Positions 11,235 to 23,500 of a stretch of 64,000 bases of DNA are shown one piece after another. The stretch comes from Massalongia carnosa. Its lineage: Eukaryota. A program made the position numbers and the translations under genes. The stretch lies in contig OZ287072.1 of the NCBI GenBank assembly GCA_965645245.1, positions 744,001-808,000 on the forward strand, read 5' to 3'. The notes beneath the pieces are model-generated. The model saw only the letters and a program-made list of their open reading frames with translations. It made no database searches and was not told the DNA's origin. Each line of letters opens with the position of its first letter. The first letter of the stretch is position 1.

Positions 11235-14217
11235 CTTATTTAAGAGAGTTTGAATGAGAATTGTATATGCTAGATTTGAGGGAAAGGGTCAAAAAGATGG
11301 AAGGATCAAAGGACGAAAGTAGAGGATTTGTGTTTTTATTGCTATGTTGGAAATGCTTAACAGGTTGATCTTGTAAAGCCTTCAAGTGTTGATTAAACTC
11401 AGGCTGCTTGTTGAAGTTGTTAGAAAAGAAAAATCTAGGAGGGGTTTCCTTGTAATCTTATAGCTGAAAAGGCCTAAGATGAATGAGTAGGACCCAATGG
11501 TGAAGAGAATTTATAAATGATCCACTCCTACAATATCTTAACAAATAGGAGCATCAACCAATGAAGATAGGTGAAGAAAAGTGATGAATACTTGAGATCT
11601 GCTCTGACTTACCAATAGTCAGGCCTGACCTTCGAAGTGTTGCCCTCTCCTGTTGGCCTCTGGCCAACAGGAGAAACAAGCTATTGACCACTTGAATGCA
11701 ATAGGATGTGTCGGTAAAGTGATACTCGCAGGTGCGGGTTGGAGATAGCTCAGTCCCGTAGTTTAGTATTGCAGAGCACAAAGAGCTTTAACGAAAGGAA
11801 CTGAAATATTGTGGGGATCAAGATTTGAGAACTCGTTGGGACACCAGTCGTTAACTCGGCCGTTTTGGTTCATGATGGTGTTGCTGAGGCGGTCCAGATC
11901 AAAAACACCAAAAATCGTCACCAAAAGATTCGAGGATCCTACAACGGTTGAGCAGATAATCACAATTTAAGACAAGTAGCTAATGCATTGACTAAGGAAC
12001 GAAAGGAACCTGCTGCATGTTATGATGTCTCAACGAATCATACTACTCTTATCTTCCTCTAGGGCTCTGTCTCATCCAGAATGTCTCATTTCATCTAAAA
12101 TCGCTGAGAAACAGTTCTTCCCTTGATAGAGAATGACTGAATACTTGGCAGGCCTTTTTTCCAGAGCTCACCAAATCGTACCCTTTGTACGGACTCTTAC
12201 CCTTTCCCGAAAAATTTCCAGTCTGTCACAGCTAAAGCTTGAAATGCTGGAACATCTCCAAACTTTCTTTCCATCTGCTTTACTCATTAGAAAGTGATGT
12301 ATAGTTTAAAATAAAATACCCCCACGGGCGAGTCTCCTATCATTTAGAGAAACAGGTCCCAAATAATGGTCAGCTCCCTCAACAGGTCTTTGCTATTCTC
12401 TTTGGCGTCAATTCAGCCAAAAAAAAAAAACTGGCAAAAAGAGCCTATCTTGTCCACTTTTGGATGCATTATGCGGCTATGGTGAAAATAAAGCCTAAGA
12501 GATCACATCAACCAGACTCTGTTCATTTGAAGCGCTAAAGTTCACGAGGCCAATATTGATCAGGCACGTGACTAGAACACTCATTGACTGGTTTCAATCA
12601 TAATGAAAGAGAATCTAGGGACATGTAAAGGCCATAGCCAATAGTTAGAGGATCTTTTTTAATCTGGACGAATGATGAGGATAAAACTCCAACGGCCATC
12701 AACGATTATGTGATATCGAAACCGTGACGTAACTCACTTCTAAATATTTTTTTGGTATCATTCAGCTCTGAAGGGAAATAGCATTGGCATTAAACCCCAT
12801 AAAGGTTGGATAGAAATATACCTCAGCTCATGTTTAATTCATGCCGCTCGCCAAGATTCAGTCTACAACCCTGATCTTGGTACCCAAAGGATATCTCTTG
12901 AGCAAAAGTGATCAAAGTTCAGAATGGAATACGATTGCGAAAGAAACTCGATTATGCGCAGAGGCCGTTTGGGCTACATTCTTCTTGATAAACGGGGCAA
13001 ACTTAGGAGATTTTCGTTTAGTAGCAAAAATCTGTGAGATCCATCTTTCAGATATTTGGTCTTGGCAAAAGGTGCTGCGAAGGCACTTTTCATGAGCTCA
13101 AACACCTCATTCCGTTTGGCTGAGAACTTGCCAAAACACCACCAGAGATCAGGCATGCCTTCAAAATTCTGACAATTTCAGCATAGGTAGTAGCAAAATC
13201 TTTAAACATCATATGGGAGTAGCGTGATTAGCTAAACCCTCCAGGCTCCAGGAAATCACTGGTATCAATAACTCATTCTCAGCCGATCACTATTACCAAA
13301 CACCCTTTGATGCCCTAAACATCGAAGGCGATATTCTCATATTGTGACTTCATACTTAAGTTTTTCCGCCAGTTGAACATCACAAAATGCCGGGGAAGTC
13401 GTATCCCATTCTTTTAGGATCGTCCCCGGCAATGGTTTTCGCTCGCCTCTGAATATTTCTTATAATAGATATTCCTAATATTATGATTATTTTGCTCAGG
13501 GTCCGAAGTGACTACTATAGCGCTAGCAGTAGATGTTGAAATCTTGTAAATAAGGCTCGACAGCGCGGCACATGTCGACGCTGTTCTGATATCTTAGATG
13601 TATGTACTCCTAGAGGGTAGTTGGAGAATAGAGACGCTATACAAGGCAGATCCCTTCGTCCTAATCGCAGCTTCTGTAGACGGAAGCAGAATTTCATGCA
13701 GGTAGCACAACAAGGAGGTGATTCTACAAAGTAAAGACAATATCATGTTGGAGAGTGTGGTTCTCCAGGTAGAAGCTTAAATCTACATGACGAGCTAGCT
13801 AAGAATAGCTAACTAGTTCGTTAGCCTTTTACTCGGATTCATCTACACTGAAAGCACACTAACTACTAAGCAATTCCGCCCAAAGTGACCAAATATCTCT
13901 TATTCGCTAATGTTGTCCCGCTCCGCTCCTCCTTTTTAAGGCCTTTAAGGTATTTTCCACTCTCGCTAATTCACCCAAATTTAGAGGTTCAGCACCAATA
14001 CTTGAGCAGTTTCACACGCTAGGGTCGCTCCGCCCGGAGTTCGCTGTCATCAACGCGGGATTCGGGTAGAATGAGAAGGGCTTACAATGAGCTCCGATCT
14101 TTCATAGTTCAAAGAAGGAGCTTGCTTGCCTCATAGAAAGCTATGGCTCGATTTTTTATCGCCACTGCTATTGGAATGCTTGCTCCCGAATTCGTCAGCT
14201 ATAACCATAATTCCCGC

Positions 14218-15325
14218 TCAATCCCCATAAGTCTCTTCATATTCCTCCTCATATTCCTCCCTCGCCTCCTCCTTGTCCGACGCGCTTGCGTTCTCATACT
14301 CCTCCCGTGCCTTCTGCACCGATTCGCGGTCGCTGCTCGAAACCGAACCGCCGGACGCTGTGCGTTCGGGGAGGGCCGCGGGGATAGGTGCGGGCTGGTT
14401 GGTATACATAGTGGTAGGCTGGGATGTGGTGTAGTACTGAGGTTCCGTATGGGCGTACGAGGGTTGGACAACAGAGCGGTGGTGATGTTCGTCGTCTGAG
14501 GACGAGTCGTCACCTGGGGGGGGGGTTGGATGTTAATTTGAGAACGATAAATTTTATGGGTATTTACCCGTTTTTCGGGCGATTGGATACGGAAGCAGCA
14601 AAAGAGGGGGTTTTGCAAGCAAAGGTAAAAGTCGTGGAGGATTCACGTACCAGCGGCATGTGCGATCAAAGCCCCACCTACAGCACCAACGGCTAACCCC
14701 CCCGCAGCACCAGCCACGAGTCCACCATGACCTTTTTTCTTCTCCTCTTTAATTGCGGGAGACTGCTGGACGCCAGGTCCCACCGGTAGCGGGCCGCCCG
14801 AGGCCGGTTGGCCGTAAGGGTTGGCGCTGCCATAGCCAGTATTGTTACCCCGATTAGCTTCGGAGCCAGGAGGTCCGTAGCCGGTTTGAGGGTATGAAGA
14901 GGTGGTAGGGGCGGGGACGGGTGGTTCCCACTGCGTTCTGCCGGTTGCTTGTTCGATGTAGTACCAGCGTTGGCTAGATTGGTCCCACTGTTGGATCCAG
15001 CCTGAAGGGAGGGGTTTAGACCCTGGAGGGCCAGGTTGGGGAGTTAAGGGCTGCGGCTGTTGGCTGTACTGGGGTTGCTGGTTGTATGCTGACTGGCCGG
15101 GTTGGGATGGATACTGGGGCTGGGAACCGTAAGCTTGGCCGTGATCTGGAGGATTTGGTTAGTAGTGAATCCCTTTGTGAGGATGGGCTTAGGAGGATTG
15201 ATTGATAAGGCAAAGAACCTACCTTCTTTCTTCTCCTCCTTTTTCTCCCCTTTCTTGTTGTCATCCTTGAGGAAGTTGGTTTTGAGTCCGTCAAACTCCT
15301 TGGTCAATTTCTTGAGGAAAGACAT
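14218..15325 (-). CDS. WW-domain, Gln/Pro/Gly-rich protein (Wwm1-like), 3 exons
   Basis: MSFLKKLTKEF..|gtagg. Exon 2 has LPSGWIQQWDQSSQRWYYIEQATGRTQWEPP and the glycine zipper GGLVAGAAGGLAVGAVGGALIAHA. Exon 3 ends AREEYEEEYEETYGD*. Confidence 0.85.
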
Positions 15326-18165
15326 GATGGAAGGGTTTCAGAATGGAATGAAGAGTTGATTACAACTCCGAGCTGAAGGAGGATTCAAGGATTTTGGGGG
15401 GGGTTGGGAATGAATCTTATGCCATTTGTATCTGAGGCTGTACTGGTACACCGTAGAAGAGATGAATTGAATGATTATCAAGGGATTGCATCTACAGCGT
15501 CGATCTTGGCGTTAATTGTTGATGACGAGTCTCAAGACACCTAGACTTGAAGCATGATACCCTGTCGTTAGGGCTGGAGAGCTGAAGAGATGGGGAGACA
15601 ACTACTGCAGCCCTAAACTAACCAAGCTTTTTACTTAGGGCTTCAATGCAAAACCCCCGCTTTTCATGATCATTCTTGCCGTTGCCATTGGCCCGTTGCA
15701 CGTCCTCTCAGCTCGTCATGGATACTGCGTCGAACCTGATTGTTCCTTGTTGCAATCCCGGAACGGACCGAGCGAGCGACGCAGCTCTTAGTTAACATCG
15801 ATGAGGAACTTCAGGTGCTCCGTAAATTTCAGCCATCTGGATCGAAGACTATGATGGCCTGGAGAGGACTTGTGCCGTAGCTACTCCCTCCTCTGTACTC
15901 TGCACACTGAACCAGGTTAAGGCACGTGGAAAAGAGAATGTCCCTTCCAGCCATTTCTCAACGAACCCAGTTCGAGTGTGCTTGTGTGCTTATCGAACTA
16001 TTTAGCCTAACCGAGTAACTAGCAACTGCTGCGCCACATCTAACTCATTCGCCATCAATGATAAGTGGCTTTGCCCTTAAACCTCTTCTGGTCATAGTTT
16101 AAATCAGGCATTCGCTTGATGTCAGTCATCCTAAGTATTTATTTTATCCAATTTCAGCTTTTCCAACTAATCATTTGAATTGAAAATTCATCTCAACTGC
16201 ATTTGATTGACTTCATATTCTAGATCTCACACCCAGTATCTAAGATCCAGTGTGTGGGATTCCCAAACCCCGAACTGCTTTCGATGGTCTCTATAGGGGG
16301 AACACGATACTACAAAAATACAGTTGAGAAATATCTTATCTCTCATTTGCTTCGATATCGCCCCGAACCGCGTTTTAACCGATGCCGCATAGCAACGTCT
16401 TTTGGCTTAGGCATAATTGTACTTAAATATCGGTAAATTGCCGAGCGTGGTGTATAAAATCCCTCTGCTCATAATGGCCATGCTCTTCCTTGGTTGAACG
16501 CAAGCTTCTTTCACAGTTGAAGCGGTCTATCTTATGATGTTCAGACGAATTTCCTCTCATGAGACTATAGCAAGATGATATTAAAATGCTCTATGCGAAG
16601 ACCGACTTTAGATAAAGCGAGGGTCAATATTTCTATCCATCCTTAATTCCATATCATCCTAGTCCGTACTCAGTCTCCGAACAAAGGCACTTTGAACTTT
16701 CCAGTCTCTCATTGCATGACTTTTCTTTCATTACGCAAATACAGTCTTAATCTCCTAGCAGCTGCGACTGATCCTTTACCGCTAAATCTGTATCTTGACG
16801 AGTTTATGATTTATTGGGAGTATTTTAGCTAAGCATACTACCTTTTCAAAATTGATCTGCTGATGGGTATGCTGCCACTGTTAAGTTTTCGAGGATTGCT
16901 ACGGCTCGCAGAGGTATTATCACCCCCGAGGAGAATTCCCTTCGACGCTGAAATATATGTACTAAAGCAGCTAGATTGCTAGTGAGCAATTTCTCAGCCA
17001 TCTTCGACGTATCAACATTTCCTTTCCGGCGGCATTACCAAAGCTAAGTTCTTGTTCAGCTCATTTCACTCTTATTGGTGCTGGTATTGCTCTCTCCCCA
17101 ACTTCAACTTGTTTCTTCTAAGATGAATTTGCAGATTGAATACGAGTTTCTTCCGGTTGGTTCTATATGAGATATCTTGTTTTATCAATAAGTTGTCTTT
17201 GATGTAATAAAACAGATTGGTAATGAACCCGTTTCAAGCCTCAATCATGATACCCCTTTCATCAAGGCATCAGCTTCCCCGTTCAAAGCCTCACTACGCT
17301 CATAAGACCTGCAGACATCACCACGAGTGAATCAAAGTTTTCGTGTACTTGTCCGGTTAAATATTTTCTGCTCTCTCGGAAGCAGATGCAAGACGACCAG
17401 TATAACTTGTGTGCAGCCAAAATCGCACACAAGCGTCGAGTCTTTGCAATCAAACGGAAAAATTGGGCTTTCGCTACCGTGGACTGGCAACTATTGTTCC
17501 CAGACCGTAGTACCTTTAAGAAACTCGTCAACTCCATTGCTCCGTGACTGCAACATTTAATGCTAAACCGGCAAAGCGGGTAGAGGAACTTTCATTTGCA
17601 GGGGATTCACCGAGGGCTGAGAATGATCTCTGCGGATTTCAGATGCAGTATGATGCTTTCTTTCATCGAAGTTTATTGACAGCCGTCGCTGAGGGAATCA
17701 TCACACATCCTATGTAGAGTAACAAAGAACGCATCCTTTCCTCGTTTACGAGTGCGACCATTTTTCCCCTTCATTCTCGCCACTGGCGTGTCATGGACCA
17801 TGAGAGATAAAAGTCTCCTGCCCGGGATAGGTGGAGCTTTCGGAGTCCTTTTCAGTTATTGCAAAGTAGCTTCTCTTTGGCGTATTACTGGACAAGCGGG
17901 AACGTGCGCATCTACCCTGTACCTGCTTACGTTCGGGTATCAGATTGTGTCACATCAGCGGGGTTGTAGAGCACGTGTTGTTCCACCACCCTTCCGAGTA
18001 CGCTGCAAAGCCGAGACGACGGGGTCTAGAAGGCTTGGTACTACAGCTTACCAACGAGGGTGGAGAGGGATACCCATGCTTGTCCACATCTCATAGGACC
18101 TTGGCGTCTTGGCGTTTCGTGCGTAACGTCGCGGGTGAAACGGCTAACGTTTGATTGGTTTAGTG

Positions 18166-18213
18166 AAACGGCGAAACGGCGAAACGGTCAAACGGTCAAA
18201 CGGTCAAACGGCC
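18166..18213. repeat. 8-bp minisatellite (AAACGGYS)x6 upstream of the permease
   Basis: AAACGGCG x2, AAACGGTC x3, AAACGGCC; extra copies at ~18138 and ~18252. Confidence 0.9.
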
Positions 18214-18629
18214 GGTTTACGCTGTACAGAGTAACTAGTTCAATACGCCATAAAACGGTCGTTCTCACACCGAGTCCAGGCGTATCACGTGAAGGGATGT
18301 ACCTTCCTTTCTCCGATCGGAACGTTACAATGTTACATGCTCAGCCTCTAGCCCCAACCCCACAGATACACGAGAAACACGAGAAAACACGAAGCGGCCT
18401 CGATCGATGCCAAGACCGCCACGCTTACGGGACGGTTATCACTGGGCCAGCATGCTTGACAAATAAAACCCTTTCTTAAAGCGAGTGATTTCCCCCCTGG
18501 TTTCCATTTCGTTGTTTTAAAAGGTTCTCTGAAGCTCCTAAGGTCTCGTAGCCCCCCCTCTCTCCCCTCCCAGGTCCTTTTCTTGTTCTCCCCTGGTGTT
18601 CGCTGCCTCCCTCACCACAGGTGCCAGCG

Positions 18630-20471
18630 ATGGGTCTAATTAACCGCAAGGGCGGAGAGGCTTCCGTTCAGTCGGCCTCTCCCCTTTCTCCGCCGTTCGA
18701 TCATGAAAAACACTCGTACGACGACAATGGCCATCGTGCCAATGGACATCTGGATGATATGACCGACCCAACCACGCGCCTCAAGCGAGGTTTGAAAGCG
18801 CGTCAGGTGACGATGATTGCAATCGGAGGCGCTATCGGAACAGGGTTGATCATAGGCACTGGTTCTGCCCTCGCCAAGGCTGGTCCTCTGTCCATCCTAA
18901 TCTCCTACTCGATTGTCGGATTCATTGTCTACATGGTGATGTGTGCGCTGGGGGAGATGGCAACCTGGTTGCCTCTCGAATCGGGCTTCACGGGATATGC
19001 GGCACGGTTCTGCGATCCGGCGTTGGGCTTTAGCCTGGGATATACGTACTGGTTCAAATACATCATTGTCACACCCAATCAGCTCACCGCCGGGGCGCTG
19101 GTGATACAGTACTGGGTCGACCGGGAAAAAGTCAATCCTGGCGTATTTATCGCGGTGTTTCTCGTCGCAATTGTGGCGATCAACTATCTAGGCATTGAAT
19201 TCTTTGGAGAATTTGAATTCTGGTTGAGTTCTCTGAAAGTCATGACCATCTGCGGCCTGATTCTTCTGTCGTTGATCTTGATGCTGGGAGGAGGACCGGA
19301 TCATGACAGGAAAGGCTTCCGGTACTGGAAGCATCCTGGCGCTATGAAGCCACTTTACAAGAGTGCGTGGCCCTGAGTCCCCTGATTGAACGGGGATGCA
19401 GCTGACAGGTCGATAGCCGGAGATTCTGGCCGTTTTATTGGGTTGTGGAGCACATTCGTGACGGCAACGTTCGCATATCTTGGGTACGAATTCAATCGGT
19501 GGAGGAAATTGCGATTTCGCTAACTTTCCAGAACCGAGCTGGTTGGAGTCACGGTGGGGGAGGCTCAGAATCCCCGCAAAGCCATCCCTCGAGCCATCAA
19601 ACTTACCTTTTGGCGCATCTTGATCTTCTACGTGCTGTCCGTCTTCCTCATCGGAACGCTCGTTCCGTACGACAGCAAAGGCCTCATATTCGCCACCAAA
19701 AAGGCCACCACGGGCGCCTCGGCGTCTCCCTTCGTCGTCGCCATCATCGCCAGCGGCATCCCCGTCCTCCCCGCCATCATCAACGCCTGCATTCTCGTCT
19801 TCGTCTTCTCGGCCGCCAACAGCGACTTGTACATCGCCACGCGCACGCTCTACGGTCTAGCCAAGGAAGGCAACTCCCACCGCATCTTCGCGCGCACCGA
19901 CCGCCATGGCGTCCCCATCTACGCGCTCGGCCTCTCGGCCATCATCGCCTGCATCGCGTTCCTCAATGTGTCCGACGATTCCCGCAAGGTATTTGGCTAT
20001 TTCGTCAACCTGACCACCATCTTCGGCCTCCTGACCTGGATCTCCATCCTCGTCTCGCACATCTACTTCGTCAAAGCCCGGCGCGCCCAAGGCATCGACC
20101 AGGCGCAGATGCACTACACGGCGCCCTTTGGGCTCTACGGCACCTACTTCGCTCTCTGCTTCTGCATCGTCATCGCCATCTTCAAAAATTTCGACGTCTT
20201 CGTGCACGTCAAGGGCCGCGAGGGCGGCGAAAAGTTCGACTACAAGAACTTCCTCACCGGATACCTGGGCATCCCCCTCTACCTCGGCATGATCGCTGGG
20301 TACAAGCTGGTGACTAGGACCGGGGGCTGGACGCCTCTGACGGCGGACCTGTTCACAGGTAAGGACGTCATCGACCGTGAGGAAGCCGAGTTCGTGGCGC
20401 ACAAGGCGGCGAGCAGGAAGCAGAACCGGGGGGGGTGGTTTTATCAGAATTTCGTCTCTTGGTTGTTTTGA
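18630..20471 (+). CDS. DIP5: APC/YAT family amino acid permease (dicarboxylic amino acid permease-like)
   Basis: LKRGLKARQVTMIAIGGAIGTGLIIGTG, ALGEMATWLP, FFGEFEFWLSSLK, GEAQNPRKAIPRAIK, ASPFVVAI. Two short introns (~19364-19416, ~19484-19532). Confidence 0.9.
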
Positions 20472-20835
20472 GCTCCGAGGGGGGCCATAGGTTATGGTTA
20501 TTCGCGGGATTCTTTTTTTTGGTGTGTGGACTTCGGTCTCGTTGTTGTCCTTGTTCTCGATCACGGCGTAATACGTCGCGACGAATGGAAATGAAATGAA
20601 ACGAAGAAGAAGGGAAGCACCCATGGTTTCTATTTCTATGTTCCTCTTCCTATCGCACTTACTCCTCCACTCAACTTCCAATTATATCGAATCGAATCGA
20701 ATCGAATCCAACCTCTCATTTCTTTTCATTCCCCGTTGTCACGTCACGTCCTGTCCAGTTCCAGTTCCAGTCAGTTCCCCCCAAGTACCAACTGCTGACT
20801 CCCGGTTTCGGGCTATGTGGTTTTGTTATAGCTTG

Positions 20836-20908
20836 GTTTTTCTGTTTTTTCTGTTTTTTCTGTTTTTTCTGTTTTTTCTGTTTTTTCTGTTTTTTCTGTT
20901 TTTTTTTT
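20836..20908. repeat. (GTTTTTTCT)x7 minisatellite
   Basis: Directly visible tandem 9-mer between the convergent permease and SBP56-like genes. Confidence 0.95.
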
Positions 20909-21634
20909 ACGTTTTTGTCTTTGTGTATTTTATGTTTTGGTTGTTTTTTTCTTCTTTCTAAATGGACGAACTAGATGAGGCTGGATGAGCCGGATGTGCA
21001 TAGCCGGAGGAGAGAGGGGGTGGAAGTCATTCTGTTTCATTTCATTGAAAGACGGAGGCTGAGGCGGAGGCAGGAGAAGAAGAAGAGGAAGAAGAAGAAG
21101 AAAAATAAAATAAAATAAAGACGCAAGCGAGATTCAATCTAGTTCATCAATCCCCCCCCGCCAATATAAAAGTTCCTAATCACTCACTTTGTCAAAAGAG
21201 GAAAAGAGATGAGTTAAAATAATTTAAAAAAAAGGAAAAAGCTCGGATCAAGTCTGATAGAAAATCAAGAAAGATAAAAAGAGGAGGAAGAAGAAGGAGA
21301 AGAGCACAATAAAAAAACAACCAAAACCCCTCCGAACCACAACGACTCCTTCCTGGCCGAGAGCGAAAGCAAAAGAAGGGAAATAAATGAACGAACAGCT
21401 GCAGGATTTCCAGTTTTCCACTGATTGTTGCTAGATGGATACATGGGCCGTTAGGCGTAAACTATTAAACAGTGGGAATGTATATTCTTTCCAAAAAGCA
21501 AACAACAAAAATTATCGCATGCGCAATTTGCCGCCGCCCGCCGCCTTCAACGTTCCAAATACCTTCCCTTATTACTTGCCCACATTTTGTCGATATCATA
21601 TTCCAGCCGGTCCTTTACCAAGCGCAAATCCCTT

Positions 21635-23500
21635 CTAATAATAGTATAGTTTTGCTGGATCGGTCAGATCGAAGACGACAGCGGAATGCGGCTTTCCCCC
21701 GCCGCGGTTGGTGTACGGGGTGGTGAAGTCGATGGTACGGTTGAAATGCAGGGAGCCGTCGGGGTTGATATCGATGTACTGGGCCTTGAAGTCGGCGGGG
21801 GTCTTGATAAGGCCGATCTGGCCCGTCTGCACGAAGTAGTCGGTGACGACGATGTGCTTCTGGTCCGGCGTGACCTTGATGTAATGCGGCCCGACGATGG
21901 GCTGTTGCACGTTGGGGTCGTCGAGGCGCTTGGGGTTTTTTAGGTCCGAGATGTCAAGTGCGGCGATGTGGTTCGCCGTTGTGATCGTTACTGTATGGGG
22001 ATGGTTAGGGTCGGATATGGCAAATTGAGGAGGTTGGATGGTAGCTTACAATAGATGAAGTTTCCGTCGGCGGTGAGATCGGAGCTGTTCAAGGAAGATC
22101 AGTTAGGTATTTCACCTAGCTTCAGAGGGATGGAGAAGAGCCTTACTAGATTGCAGTGGTGTCACGCGCCAAGGGGCCAAGGTCGTAAAATAGCTCCACA
22201 GTGCCTTGCTTGCCGTTGGCGTCGGTTCGGAAAGGATAAACAATCCAAACCTGTCCAAGGTGGACGGCAGTGGCCAAAGCGGCGGATTCAGGATTCCCAG
22301 GAATAAACTTGACGTCTTGGATTCCACCGCCCTAGATTTGCGCTTGTAATCAGAAATCCTAATGATCTCAGGAACAGGGCAACTCACATTGGGAATCGTA
22401 AGAGTGTTGATGATGGTTTTGGAAGCCAAATTCCAAAGACGAAGGGTGTTGTCTCTGATGATGCCTAAGCTGGGCTTCAAGATTGAGAGCGGTACAACGA
22501 AATCCGAAGTAAGTATGAGATTCTTTTCAAAGTCGACGCTTAGGCCATGGGGGTTTAAAAGGGGTGCTGGGGTTCAAGATGTCCGCTTGACCCGCTAGGT
22601 CTTGTGGATATTGCCCAATGATGTCGAAGTTATTATTGGTTTCAATCAGACGGCCAGGAGATGTACCGCCAGCAGCTAATATCCCGTGACTAATGGATAC
22701 ATAGATTCGAAGACATTGATCACATCACTTACAGCCCATATAGGTAATGAGGAATCCCCTGGTCGTGATTATTAAAGCCTCGATCTATCACAACGGTTGA
22801 CTTACCCGTCTGGCTTTGCACGAATCTCATCGGTTACTGCTGCAAGCAACGCGCGATTGCTCTTCTTGAACGATGGACGGTACGGGTTGGAGACGTCGAA
22901 GTAGAACGCAGTATCCTAGAATGTATTAGAAGCGCTACTTGGCATCGAACAGTTCCCGCGTACCTGAGCCTTCAATAGCGAAAGCAATCCACCTCCCACA
23001 AGCGTCTTCCCATCTTTCGAAGACCCTAAGTGATGAGGGCTGTTCCCGCTTGTTGGAACATCAGTCAACCATATGAAAATGCCAAAGGTGTCCTGCACGA
23101 CGTCAGTCCCAAAGACGGAAAAACTATCAGCACTTGAGTTTGACAAACATCATCAAGACTGTAAGTTGCCAAAAAATCTAATGAGCAATTCATCAACATC
23201 GAGTCGCTGCATGGATGTTTATGAAATCATACCTGCATGATCATTATCCCCAGCACCCACAAAGAAGTAGCCGATTTTTTTCGGCTTAATGTCGCTGCCC
23301 GTGAAAGGAGGACTATCAAGAGCCGGGCTTGGAAACTGAAGGACCGGTGTCGGAGGGACCAAGCTGCTGAGTGGACCAGTGAACCCAGGCACTGAAGGGA
23401 CCCCAGGTAGCGAGAGCTGCGCTACTGGGTCTGGCGCTGCCAACGGCGACCCAAGAACAACAGTTAACAGGCACCCAAAGGCGATTGATGTTGCAGCCAT
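21635..23500 (-). CDS. Secreted selenium-binding protein SBP56 / methanethiol oxidase-like beta-propeller; multi-exon, one apparent frameshift
   Basis: Signal peptide MAATSIAFGCLLTVVLGSPLA. Exons give GNSPHHLG, GFLITYMGSAGGTSPGRLIET, NPHGLSVDFEKNLILTSDFVVP, NTLRLWNL, GPHYIKVTPDQKHIVVTDYFV, GGGKPHSAVVF. Confidence 0.75.

Noticed and set aside
11300..14100. Possible decayed gene or TE
   Set aside because: Only short ORFs; no motif recognisable in the frames examined.
16440..17560. Possible TPR/NLR relic on the minus strand (e.g. MAEKLLTSNLAALVHIFQRR)
   Set aside because: Resemblance too weak and too interrupted to support without a search.
17600..17660. TPP riboswitch suggested by GGGCTGAGA
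   Set aside because: The downstream conserved aptamer elements are missing and there is no thiamine gene nearby.
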